Assembly (NCBI GenBank): GCA_013203145.1 | Contig: JABMOV010000021.1 | Span: forward strand, 10,059 to 74,058 | Source of the DNA: Fidelibacterota bacterium | GTDB lineage: Bacteria > Fidelibacterota > Marinisomatia > Marinisomatales > JABMOV01 | Direction of reading: 5' to 3' | DNA length: 64,000 bases | In this document: one piece after another, positions 37,471 to 46,652 of the stretch | Position numbering within the stretch: position 1 is the first letter of the stretch | How the letters are laid out: every line of letters begins with the position of its first letter | Program-made: the position numbers and the translations under genes | The notes under the pieces: generated by a model | Told to the model about the DNA's origin: nothing | Database searches by the model: none | Seen by the model: the letters and a program-made list of their open reading frames with translations, nothing else

Positions 37471-38847
37471 TTATAGGAGCTGAGATCCGATAGAATTGAT
37501 GGTTTTTGCAAGGAGCATAATTTGATCTGGCTGGACTGCTTTTAGATCAATATAAAATGTTCGTTTATCAATGTACCCCACAATTGGTGGATCACTCATA
37601 CGAAATGTTTTCGCAAGTTCCGATGCACTGAGTCGGGTCGATTTAAATTGTATGGCAATACTTTCAATTTTTTCAACGGGTAATGATCCACTTCCGGCTT
37701 CCACCTGAGAGTCAATGCTGGACAGTCCAAATAATGAAATAATATCAGGATCAATCTTCTTCAAAATTTTATTGGCTCGTTTCATTAACTCATTTCTAGA
37801 TGTTGATAATAATGAGAGCGCAAGATTGGATTGATCGACTTGGTTTCTTTTGTAGCTCCTTAAAATCTCTTCCAGTAATGCCAGCGTTACTTTATCACAG
37901 CGCATGGCGCGGTAAAGTGGATTTGCTGCAATCTGTTTGGTGACTTTTCGTTTTCCTGCAATAATCCCGGCTTGGGGTCCGCCTAATAATTTGTCACCAG
38001 AAAATGTGGCAACAGCCACACCTGTTTTAATAATATCCTGTACTGGAATTTCTGGGGGTAATCCCAGTTGTTTTATATCCAATAATGCTCCACTGCCAAG
38101 ATCTGCCATGACAGGAATTCGTTTCTTGCGACCAAGCTCTACCAAGTCTGATAGAGGCACTTCTTTCGTAAATCCTTGAACGGTATAATTACTGGTATGC
38201 ACCCAAAGAATCAATCCAGTATTCTTGCTGATTGCGTTTTCGTAATCTTTTAAATGGGTACGATTGGTAGTCCCAATTTCAACCAGCTCACAATTGCTTT
38301 TTTTGATGATATCCGGAATGCGGAATGATCCACCAATTTCTACTTGCTGCCCACGGGACACGATTACTTCTTTTCCTTCGGCCAGCGTATTTAATGCAAT
38401 GAGAACAGCAGCAGCATTGTTGTTAACAAAAACCGCATCTTCAGCACCAATCATTGTGGACAATATTTCACGAGAATGGTCCAGGCGATTTCCCCGTTTA
38501 CCACTTTCCAGATTAAATTCTAAATTGACATATCCCGTGACCCGATTTACGACATTTTGTAATATTTCTTTTGATATAGGTGCCCTGCCAAAACCCGTAT
38601 GGAGGACAATTCCTGTGCCATTTATAATTGACTTTAATGATGGTTTGGATAATGAAATGATCTTTTCAACAATGCGTTCGACTAAAATTGCTCGGTCTGG
38701 TATTGTCTCTCCCGATTGTGCACGTTTTCTATAATCCGCTACGGCATGTTGAATCCATTTAGTCACAACCGTTTCATGAACGTATAAATCATGTGGTAAA
38801 GCTGAGATTATTTCAGCGATGGATGGTAATTGAAATTTATTTGCCAT
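37471..38847 (-). CDS. selA: L-seryl-tRNA(Sec) selenium transferase SelA
   Basis: 458 aa. NNNAAAVL...FSGDKLLGGPQAG (PLP lysine), the SelA signature. Confidence 0.9.
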   Translation of the reverse strand: MANKFQLPSIAEIISALPHDLYVHETVVTKWIQHAVADYRKRAQSGETIPDRAILVERIVEKIISLSKPSLKSIINGTGIVLHTGFGRAPISKEILQNVVNRVTGYVNLEFNLESGKRGNRLDHSREILSTMIGAEDAVFVNNNAAAVLIALNTLAEGKEVIVSRGQQVEIGGSFRIPDIIKKSNCELVEIGTTNRTHLKDYENAISKNTGLILWVHTSNYTVQGFTKEVPLSDLVELGRKKRIPVMADLGSGALLDIKQLGLPPEIPVQDIIKTGVAVATFSGDKLLGGPQAGIIAGKRKVTKQIAANPLYRAMRCDKVTLALLEEILRSYKRNQVDQSNLALSLLSTSRNELMKRANKILKKIDPDIISLFGLSSIDSQVEAGSGSLPVEKIESIAIQFKSTRLSASELAKTFRMSDPPIVGYIDKRTFYIDLKAVQPDQIMLLAKTINSIGSQLL

Positions 38848-38858
38848 ATTGCATCAAT

Positions 38859-40025
38859 TTATGCCGATTGAAATTTACGAAATCGAAAAGCTATCCATAG
38901 TCCGGGAAGTAACAAAATCGCTAAAACTGGAAATACCATTGCTACAGAATATTGTTCTGCAACCCAACCGCTTAATCCAGCTGATAGTGATCCAACACCA
39001 AAACTCATAAAAAAACTTACGCCATATCCTAAACCACGATTTTTAGAATCCGTGAGATTTGCAATGAGTGAATTGCCAATGGGTTGCATAGAAAAATGAG
39101 CAATTCCCAACATAATACCGAAAGAGATAAGTGGTAATCCGGTTGTTACACCCAACAATGCAAACAAAGGAATATTGATCAATACGATCCAGAACATCAA
39201 ATGGACTTTATCATATTTATCCCCGGCCCAACCACCAATAATTTGACCAATAATGCCAGCAATAAGCACAAGGGTCGTAAATAATCCGCCTCTCATAATA
39301 TCTGAAAGACCACCAACCAAAGTGCGTGTTTCATAAGCAAAATGCGTTGGTATAAATGTTGTAAATCCAGTGTATGCAAATCCTAAAAGAACTGCAATCC
39401 CGTAATACATAACCAATGCTTTTACATTGGTTTTACCAGAGGATGGTGTTACCTCATCTTCTTCATAGGCTGCTTTTCTACTTTGAATTAAAAGAAATGT
39501 AAAAGCTGATAAAACGAGATGTGTTACAATCAAGGTACCATAAGCAAATCGCCAGGAAAAGATTTCGGTAAAAAATGATGCCAGAAGTGGTCCCAGAGCA
39601 AGTCCTATTGATCCAAATATCCCATGAATAGCCATTCCCTTGCTTAGCTTAGGTATTCTTCGGGAAATCAATGTTAATCCTGCAGGGTGATAAATACTGC
39701 TAAAAAGTCCAAGGAGCATTAATCCGGCAGTGATTCCAAATATACTTTTGGATAATATTATAATTAATGCGGAAGCTGCTGAGCCAATTTGGTAGGTGAG
39801 CAAGAGTCTTCGTCCGCCTACTTTTCTTTCAAAATATCCTGTAGGTAATGCCCCCAAACCTAACATAAATGCGCTGGCCGTGGCGATTAACCCTAACGTA
39901 TCTAATCCAATGGAAAATTGTTTTTGTAAAACCAGAAATATTGTGGGTAACACAAGCATTTGGGAATGAACCAGTAAATGGCTCATCCCTGTAATACCTA
40001 GTATTACTGTTTCCTTCGGCTTCAT
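38859..40025 (-). CDS. MFS transporter
   Basis: 388 aa with about 12 TM helices and an MFS-type loop (FERKVGGRR). Confidence 0.8.
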   Translation of the reverse strand: MKPKETVILGITGMSHLLVHSQMLVLPTIFLVLQKQFSIGLDTLGLIATASAFMLGLGALPTGYFERKVGGRRLLLTYQIGSAASALIIILSKSIFGITAGLMLLGLFSSIYHPAGLTLISRRIPKLSKGMAIHGIFGSIGLALGPLLASFFTEIFSWRFAYGTLIVTHLVLSAFTFLLIQSRKAAYEEDEVTPSSGKTNVKALVMYYGIAVLLGFAYTGFTTFIPTHFAYETRTLVGGLSDIMRGGLFTTLVLIAGIIGQIIGGWAGDKYDKVHLMFWIVLINIPLFALLGVTTGLPLISFGIMLGIAHFSMQPIGNSLIANLTDSKNRGLGYGVSFFMSFGVGSLSAGLSGWVAEQYSVAMVFPVLAILLLPGLWIAFRFRKFQSA

Positions 40026-40049
40026 GTCATTTTCATTCTATTCATAAAC

Positions 40050-40081
40050 AAAAAATCCCCTACGAATGCAGAGGATTTTTT
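40050..40081 (-). terminator. Rho-independent terminator after rplS
   Basis: Minus-strand RNA: AAAAAAUCCUCUGCAUUCGUAGGGGAUUUUUUG. A 7-bp stem (one G-U) is followed by a U6 tract, 19 nt after the rplS stop. It is flanked by A/T runs on both sides, so it may work in both directions. Confidence 0.7.
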
Positions 40082-40099
40082 ATTACTGCGATAATAGGT

Positions 40100-40441
40100 T
40101 TATCGTTTTTCCTGAATACGCGCTGCTTTACCAGTAAGTTTTTTCAGGTAATTAAGTTTTGCACGACGGACTTTTCCGCGTCGTATAACTTCAATAGCTG
40201 AAACCATAGGGGAATGAATTGGGAAAATACGTTCTACGCCAATACCACCGGAAATTTTCCGAACCGTAAATGATTCTTCAACTCCACCACCTTTGCGACC
40301 CATAACGACACCTTGATAGCGCTGGACACGTTCTTTTCCACCTTCTACCACGCGTACATCAACCGCTACCGTATCTCCGGAACTAAAATCCGGAACATTT
40401 TCCTTTAAGAATGGTTTGCCTACCTCGTGTAATTTATTCAT
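40100..40441 (-). CDS. rplS: 50S ribosomal protein L19
   Basis: 113 aa, [28 protein letters not shown]... Confidence 0.96.
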   Translation of the reverse strand: MNKLHEVGKPFLKENVPDFSSGDTVAVDVRVVEGGKERVQRYQGVVMGRKGGGVEESFTVRKISGGIGVERIFPIHSPMVSAIEVIRRGKVRRAKLNYLKKLTGKAARIQEKR

Positions 40442-41163
40442 GATTCTTTCTCCGAATCTTCACATTGTTTTAAATATTTTTTCCAAAGATCAGGGCGTCT
40501 TTCCCTGGTTCTATTTTCACGTTCAATTTGTCGCCAATTATCAATCTTGCTATGATGCCCGCTTAATAATACATCCGGTACTGTCATTTCTTCCACTTCA
40601 CGTGGTTTTGTGTAGTACGGTGCATCCAATAAACCTGTGGGAAACGAATCCGATTCTGCTGATTCCGAGGAGTTTAGTACTCCGGGAATCAACCGAACCA
40701 GACTGTCAATCATTACCATCGCTGGTAATTCTCCACAGGACATAATATAGTCACCAACGGTGTATTCATGTGTTACATCCCGTGTGATGACGCGTTCATC
40801 AATGCCTTTATAGTGTCCACAAATGAAAATGAGCTTTTTGATCTTGCTATATTCTTCAGCAAGATCGTGGGACCACTGTACTCCTTGCGCAGAAGGATAT
40901 ACAATTCTCCCATTCACCGGAAAATCCATTTCCTTTTTTAAATGGTCAATGGCTTTAAATAACGGTTCCGCCATCATAACCATCCCATGTCCTCCACCAA
41001 ATGGAGTATCGTCAACTTGACGATAATTACCCTCCGTAAAATCACGAAGGTTCACAACATGAAAATGTACCTTTTCACGGTTAACAGCCTGCCTTAGCAT
41101 GCTGTTCTCAATTAACGTATCTACGACAGACGGGACTGGTGTTATGACACCAATCTGCTTCAA
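40438..41163 (-). CDS. trmD: tRNA (guanine37-N1)-methyltransferase TrmD
   Basis: 241 aa. [10 protein letters not shown] and [11 protein letters not shown] motifs. Confidence 0.95.
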   Translation of the reverse strand: MKQIGVITPVPSVVDTLIENSMLRQAVNREKVHFHVVNLRDFTEGNYRQVDDTPFGGGHGMVMMAEPLFKAIDHLKKEMDFPVNGRIVYPSAQGVQWSHDLAEEYSKIKKLIFICGHYKGIDERVITRDVTHEYTVGDYIMSCGELPAMVMIDSLVRLIPGVLNSSESAESDSFPTGLLDAPYYTKPREVEEMTVPDVLLSGHHSKIDNWRQIERENRTRERRPDLWKKYLKQCEDSEKES

Positions 41164-41660
41164 TCCAGCAGACCATCCATGGGGGTAATAAGTACTACCC
41201 CACCGCTGACATCAACGTTTTCAATGATTTCCGGAATAACTGGAATTAAATACTCGCGTTCTTCATTTTTGATGACATAAACATCATTATTTGGTAACCA
41301 GAGAATTTCTGCTAAAGAGCCGATATATAGACCATCATTGGTAATAATATCTGCTCCTAATAATTCTTCAGCTATCCAATTTATTTTATCACCATGTTCA
41401 ACGGAAGCATAGACATATTGTCCAATAAGCGCTTCCGCTTCAATGCGAGAATCAATACCGTCAAACTGGAAACGCACCCTTTTTCCAATTCCAATTTTCC
41501 CTTTTAATTCTACTTCTCGACTTAAATCTTTGGACAATCCAATAAATATTGGTTTATCCTCGATATAATTATCGAAGTATCGTGATAAGGGTCGAACACG
41601 GACTTCTCCGTTTAATCCAGAGGCACGTGTTACTTTTGCTATGGCAAAGAGGTTTTCCAT
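41160..41660 (-). CDS. rimM: 16S rRNA processing protein RimM
   Basis: 166 aa. GLNGEVRVRPLS and a PRC barrel. Conserved operon position. Confidence 0.9.
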   Translation of the reverse strand: MENLFAIAKVTRASGLNGEVRVRPLSRYFDNYIEDKPIFIGLSKDLSREVELKGKIGIGKRVRFQFDGIDSRIEAEALIGQYVYASVEHGDKINWIAEELLGADIITNDGLYIGSLAEILWLPNNDVYVIKNEEREYLIPVIPEIIENVDVSGGVVLITPMDGLLD

Positions 41661-41663
41661 ATT

Positions 41664-41900
41664 TTACCGGTCAATTACATCCAGACGGGCGCGTTTGCCG
41701 CCCTGCTTTGCATTAATCGCAAATACAAGAGATCGAATGGAAGAAATATTTCTTCCACCTTTTCCGATGACTTTACCGTAATCGCCTTCACCTACAACCA
41801 ATTCATAAATGATTCGTTTTTCAGTTTCGACACTGCTGACATCTACCTCATCAGGTTGGTCAACTAGCAGTTTCACTACGTATTCGATGAAGTCCTTCAT
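41664..41900 (-). CDS. KH domain RNA-binding protein (UPF0109/YlqC)
   Basis: 78 aa, GKVIGKGGRNISSIRSL. Lies between rpsP and rimM as in many bacteria. Confidence 0.88.
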   Translation of the reverse strand: MKDFIEYVVKLLVDQPDEVDVSSVETEKRIIYELVVGEGDYGKVIGKGGRNISSIRSLVFAINAKQGGKRARLDVIDR

Positions 41901-41943
41901 ATCCTGTACTCCTTGTCTGGCATTCTATAGCTTTGAGTTTGGA

Positions 41944-42687
41944 TTATTTATCTTCTTTTTTGGAAGATTCATCTTCGCTAGCTTTTTCAGCTTTTTCAGC
42001 TTTTTCTTCCACAACTTCTTCAACAGGAACGGGTTCTTCAACCTTTTCCGTTTTCTTAACTTTTTTATCAGTCTTCTTCTGTTTTACTGCTTCTTCAACC
42101 ACAGCCTCTTCAGCTTCAGTCGTTGGTGCTTCAACAGTTTCTTCAACTGGAGCTACTGCTTCCACGACTTCTTCAGTTACTTCAGGTTTAGCTTCAACAA
42201 CTTTTTCAACTACAGCCTCTTCAGGTTCGGTCGCAGGTACTTTTGGTGTTTCTGCTACTGGAGTTTCAACTGCAGCTTCAACAGTTTCTTCTACAAGAAC
42301 GGGTTCTTCAACCTTTTCCACTTTTTTGACTTTTTTATCAGCCTTCGTCTGTTTTGCTGCTTCTTTTCCCATTATCCATTTTTGCATTTCTTTTTCCAAG
42401 GCTTTTTCATCTAAACCTTGCTTCATGAGATGCCATCTATAAGCAATACCTGCACGTTTGAATAAATGGTGTGCTATTTCTGTAGGCTGGGCCCCAGTTT
42501 TCAACCAATGTAAAATACGATCTTCTTTTAATGAATAATTGTCACCAGCATCTTTGGATATTGGATTATACCAACCCACTTCCTCTATTGCGGCTCCGTC
42601 TCTGCGGTTACGTGAATCCATGACAACTACACGATAAAAAGGACGATTGCGTCTTCCTACTCGTTTCAGTCTAATTTTTGTCGCCAA
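41944..42687 (-). CDS. rpsP: 30S ribosomal protein S16 with about 150-aa E/V/K/A-rich C-terminal extension
   Basis: 247 aa. N-terminus MATKIRLKRVGRRNRPFYRVVV is canonical S16. TTG start with GGAG about 8 nt upstream. The tail is low complexity with an internal repeat. Confidence 0.92.
   Translation of the reverse strand: MATKIRLKRVGRRNRPFYRVVVMDSRNRRDGAAIEEVGWYNPISKDAGDNYSLKEDRILHWLKTGAQPTEIAHHLFKRAGIAYRWHLMKQGLDEKALEKEMQKWIMGKEAAKQTKADKKVKKVEKVEEPVLVEETVEAAVETPVAETPKVPATEPEEAVVEKVVEAKPEVTEEVVEAVAPVEETVEAPTTEAEEAVVEEAVKQKKTDKKVKKTEKVEEPVPVEEVVEEKAEKAEKASEDESSKKEDK
42021..42096. repeat. Internal direct repeat, copy 1 (within the rpsP tail)
   Basis: A 76-nt segment matching 42291-42366 at about 66/76 positions by manual alignment. 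It encodes KQKKTDKKVKKTEKVEEPVPVEE. Confidence 0.8.
42291..42366. repeat. Internal direct repeat, copy 2 (within the rpsP tail)
   Basis: Pairs with 42021-42096. It encodes KQTKADKKVKKVEKVEEPVLVEE. Confidence 0.8.
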
Positions 42688-42757
42688 ACTATTTTCTCCT
42701 TTATTTTATCTTCACTCTATGTGTTTGCCGTAATTCGTAATTAAATCGTTTACGAAA

Positions 42758-44095
42758 TTACATAAATTGTTCGAATGCACCTTTAAATTTTCCAATACCG
42801 GGCATTCTCATTTTTCCAAACTGTTTCATCATCTTCTGTAATTGATGAAATTGCTTTAATAATTGATTGACTTCCTGCAAGCTTCTACCTGAACCTGAAG
42901 CAATTCTTTTCCTACGACTCCCATTGAGAATAGATGGTTTCTGACGTTCTCGCGGAGTCATTGAATTGATAATCGCTTCCATCCATTTCATTTGACCGTC
43001 ATCAACATTTATATTTTTAAGAGCTTTTCGATTCATTCCAGGCATCATGCCCAGAAGTTGATTCATTGAGCCCATTTTTGAAATCTGTTTTAGCTGTGAT
43101 CGAAAATCTTCCAAATCAAATTGCTGTTTCTTTAATCTTTCACTTATCCGCTCTGCCTCATTTACATCAATTGCTTCTTGGGCTTTCTCAACCAATGAGA
43201 CGACATCACCAAATCCCAAAATACGATCTGCTAGTCGTTTTGGATCAAAATTTTCTAATCCATCAATTTTTTCAGAAACACCAATAAACTTAATAGGCGT
43301 TCCCGTTACCTCTGTGATACTTACAGCCGCACCACCTCGAGCATCACCATCTAATTTGGTTAAAATTGTACCCGTTAAATTCAATGCATTTTTGAATGCC
43401 AAAGCAGAATTAACAGCATCCTGACCTGTCATACCATCTACCACAAAAAATATTTCATCTGGATGAGCGGCTTCAGAAATGTTCTGAATTTCCACCATCA
43501 TTTCGCCGTCAATGTGCAATCGACCAGCAGTATCCAGAATAACAACATCCAATTTCTCTGATTTAGCATAATCTATGGCTCGACTACAAATTTTTACAGG
43601 ATCGCTTTGCCCCTCATCATACACTTCGCAACCAACAGATTTTCCCATTACCTTCAATTGTTCAATAGCTGCAGGACGATATACATCAGCAGCAACCAAA
43701 AGCACTGACTTACCCTGCTTCTTAATAAGATGGGCCAATTTGGCACAGGTCGTTGTTTTACCTGATCCCTGCAAACCCGCCATTAAAATGACCGTGGTTT
43801 TGTTTGGCTTCAACTCAAGGGGAGCAACGGTTTTACCAAGCACACCAATCAATTCATCGCGAATAATCTTGATAAATTGCTCACCTGGTTTCACAGATTT
43901 GATGACCTTTGTGCCTTCGGCTCTGTCACTGACACGTTGGACGAAATCTTTCGCCACAGTGAAATTCACATCAGCTTCAAGCAAAACGCGACGTATTTCT
44001 CGGGAGGTCTGCCGGATATTGGAATCTGTTATTTTTCCTAATCCTCGCAAATTCCGAAAAATGGAATCAAATCTATCTGATAGTTGTTCTAACAT
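42758..44095 (-). CDS. ffh: Signal recognition particle protein Ffh
   Basis: 445 aa. GLQGSGKTTT, DTAGR, methionine-rich M domain. Confidence 0.96.
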   Translation of the reverse strand: MLEQLSDRFDSIFRNLRGLGKITDSNIRQTSREIRRVLLEADVNFTVAKDFVQRVSDRAEGTKVIKSVKPGEQFIKIIRDELIGVLGKTVAPLELKPNKTTVILMAGLQGSGKTTTCAKLAHLIKKQGKSVLLVAADVYRPAAIEQLKVMGKSVGCEVYDEGQSDPVKICSRAIDYAKSEKLDVVILDTAGRLHIDGEMMVEIQNISEAAHPDEIFFVVDGMTGQDAVNSALAFKNALNLTGTILTKLDGDARGGAAVSITEVTGTPIKFIGVSEKIDGLENFDPKRLADRILGFGDVVSLVEKAQEAIDVNEAERISERLKKQQFDLEDFRSQLKQISKMGSMNQLLGMMPGMNRKALKNINVDDGQMKWMEAIINSMTPRERQKPSILNGSRRKRIASGSGRSLQEVNQLLKQFHQLQKMMKQFGKMRMPGIGKFKGAFEQFM

Positions 44096-44270
44096 TGTTT
44101 TTCAATTCGAATAGAGCAGGGAAAATTAGAAGTGTTTAAATATTGATACAATGATTATGTAAAGGTATAAGTATCAAGTTTTAAGATTCATTTTATCTTC
44201 TAATAATATTGAAATCGAATAACTGTTCTACTACTCTATGTCTTCTTTGTAGTTTTGTGAGAGTTGAGTT

Positions 44271-44813
44271 ATGGAAAATAGTATAAACACAGAATACTTA
44301 GAAACACCTTACGGAGAGCTGATCATAGGTTCTTACGAGGATAAATTGTGTCTCTGTGATTGGCGTTACCGAAAAATGAGAGCATCCATTGATATTCGAA
44401 TAAAAACAGGATTGGATGCCGATTTCATTTATCAAACTTCTTCCGTTATCGAAAATACAATATCTCAGTTAACTGAATACTTTCGCGGAGAAAGAACAGA
44501 ATTTGACATACCGCTGCACTTTGTGGGATCCGATTTCCAGAAGCAGGTCTGGAATGCCCTTGTGCAAATCCCCTACGGTAAAACAATGACCTATATGGAA
44601 TTATCGAAACAAATTAATAATGCCAAAGCTATCCGAGCCGTTGGAGCCGCCAATGGTGCCAATGCTATTTCTATTATTATTCCTTGTCATCGAATTGTTG
44701 GGAGCGATGGTGATCTGGTTGGGTACGCAGGTGGATTAAAAACAAAAATGAAATTGCTACAGCTTGAAAAAGCATTAATTAACGACCAAATCTCAATGTT
44801 CAACTTTCACTAA
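44271..44813 (+). CDS. ogt: Methylated-DNA--protein-cysteine methyltransferase
   Basis: 180 aa. IPYGKTMTYMELS...IIIPCHRIVGSDG active-site motif. This is the only supported plus-strand gene in the window. Confidence 0.9.
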   Translation: MENSINTEYLETPYGELIIGSYEDKLCLCDWRYRKMRASIDIRIKTGLDADFIYQTSSVIENTISQLTEYFRGERTEFDIPLHFVGSDFQKQVWNALVQIPYGKTMTYMELSKQINNAKAIRAVGAANGANAISIIIPCHRIVGSDGDLVGYAGGLKTKMKLLQLEKALINDQISMFNFH

Positions 44814-44829
44814 TAAATTTTAGAAAATC

Positions 44830-46650
44830 CTACCGTTCAAACCTCTCGTCTAGTTCGTCCAAACTCATTTGCACAATAATTGGTCGCCCATGGGGACAAT
44901 AATAGGGGTGTTTTGTGGCAAAGAGACGGTTTACCAATTCCTGCATTTCTTCTATAGTTAGCGGATCACCTGCTTTTATGGCAGCATGACATGAATAAGA
45001 AGCCGCCAGGTTTTCCTGAAATGTGGAATATTCCTTCTGGTGACTAATGTAATGATCAAGAATATCAATGATGACCTGTTTTTCTCTACCCCATCCAATG
45101 GCTGATGGAACCGCTTCCACTATTACAGAATTTTCTCCGCCCTCTTTTAACCGAAATCCGATTTTCTCTAAGTAGGGAACAACATCCAATAATATGGAAA
45201 AATCATCAGGCGAAAAGATTAAATTTTCCGGAAACAATAATGATTGTGAGGCCAAAGGTTTGGTATCAATAGCAGCCATGGCTTCTTCAAATAATACTCT
45301 TTCGTGCGCCACATGTTGGTCAATAATCACGAGCCCGCTATCAATTTGGGATATGATATATTTATTATGAACCTGCCAAATATTTTCAGTAGGAATTATT
45401 CCCGTGGATTCAGGGCGATTGGCCAATGAAGAGGCGTATGATTTTGCACGCTCTAAACCTTGGTGTTGCTGATTTTCCTCACTGTGCACCCGAGGATTTT
45501 CTGATAACCACTGTGAATTAGATTCAAAACCAGATGATTGTTCACCAACGGGGCGTTGTGAGTGGAATCCACTGGGACTCGGTGGCTGGGTTGGTCGGGA
45601 AAAACTTATTTGTTGTGATTGTGGATTAATTTGTTCCTGCGGTCGGAAGGATGGAATCGTATCTAATATGTCCGACAATACTTCTTCTAACCCACTTTTC
45701 AGAACATGGTAAACGCGCCATTCATCACGAAATCGAACCTCCGTTTTCATGGGGTGCACATTCACATCAACCTGATCCTTTGGTAATTCCATATTAATGA
45801 CAAAAAATGGATATTCTCCCCGCTTTATGAGCGATTGATAACTGCTATATACCGCTGAATTCAATAATCGATCTTTGATAAATCGACGATTTAAATACAA
45901 AAATTGATTCCCTGGTCGTGATCGAACCAAATCAAGATTACCTGCAAATCCGGTAAATTTAAAATCACCTTTTTCAATATGTATGGGAAGCAATTTCTTG
46001 GTATAGGTCGGGTCAAATACATCAACAATTCTTTGTTCAAGTGACGTGGGTGCTAACTGTAATATGTGTTTCTCATCCGCAATAAGACTAAAACGAACTT
46101 CAGGATAGGATAAGGCAAATCGTTGGACAGCCTCAAAAATATGTCGTAATTCAACTTTTGGTGATTTTAAAAATTTCCGCCGAGCTGGAGTATTATAAAA
46201 CAGCGAATCAATCCGTATCTGCGACCCTTTTTGTCCCGCTTCTGGAATTACCTCACTGATCTGACCATCCGTAATCTGCACCGTCCACGCTTCGCCTGAG
46301 TCATTGGTGCTGGTGACAATGCTGACTTTCGCCACGGATGCTATGCTGGCTAACGCTTCACCCCTGAAACCAAGCGTATTTATTGAAAATAAATCATCAA
46401 CAGTTTGGATTTTGCTGGTTGTGTAACGCTGAAAGCAGATTGAAATGTCATCCTTGGTAATACCAGAACCATTATCTGTAATCTGAATTAATTGATGTCC
46501 ACCTCGTTCCACCACAACATCAATGTGCGTTGCTCCTGCATCGATGCTGTTTTCAACCAATTCTTTTACAACGGAAGCTGGTCGTTCAACGACTTCGCCA
46601 GCCGAAATTTTATTACGTAAATCTTCAGATAAGGGTAAAACTCTAGGCAT
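44830..46650 (-). CDS. mutL: DNA mismatch repair protein MutL
   Basis: 606 aa. GHKL ATPase N-terminus (VVKELVENSIDAGA) and a C-terminal endonuclease-type domain (DQHVAHERV). Confidence 0.95.
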   Translation of the reverse strand: MPRVLPLSEDLRNKISAGEVVERPASVVKELVENSIDAGATHIDVVVERGGHQLIQITDNGSGITKDDISICFQRYTTSKIQTVDDLFSINTLGFRGEALASIASVAKVSIVTSTNDSGEAWTVQITDGQISEVIPEAGQKGSQIRIDSLFYNTPARRKFLKSPKVELRHIFEAVQRFALSYPEVRFSLIADEKHILQLAPTSLEQRIVDVFDPTYTKKLLPIHIEKGDFKFTGFAGNLDLVRSRPGNQFLYLNRRFIKDRLLNSAVYSSYQSLIKRGEYPFFVINMELPKDQVDVNVHPMKTEVRFRDEWRVYHVLKSGLEEVLSDILDTIPSFRPQEQINPQSQQISFSRPTQPPSPSGFHSQRPVGEQSSGFESNSQWLSENPRVHSEENQQHQGLERAKSYASSLANRPESTGIIPTENIWQVHNKYIISQIDSGLVIIDQHVAHERVLFEEAMAAIDTKPLASQSLLFPENLIFSPDDFSILLDVVPYLEKIGFRLKEGGENSVIVEAVPSAIGWGREKQVIIDILDHYISHQKEYSTFQENLAASYSCHAAIKAGDPLTIEEMQELVNRLFATKHPYYCPHGRPIIVQMSLDELDERFER

Positions 46651-46652
46651 TA

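Noticed and set aside
41809-42442. Two long plus-strand ORFs (201 aa and 169 aa), plus repeat periodicity that could suggest a CRISPR-like or tandem-repeat locus.
   Set aside because: They are antisense shadows of the S16 tail. The repeats are two diverged 76-nt coding copies 270 nt apart, not short regularly spaced direct repeats with unique spacers. No cas genes are present.
3504-44270. Search for tRNA genes (especially selC), other small RNAs or riboswitches in the larger intergenic gaps: 3504-3623, 4068-4231, 9919-10072, 23352-23532, 25365-25522, 28593-28697, 31610-31776 and 44096-44270.
   Set aside because: I could not trace any cloverleaf-compatible acceptor or T-arm pairing, or any GTTCRANYC-type T-loop box, by eye. 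This is a negative result from manual reading only and not proof of absence.
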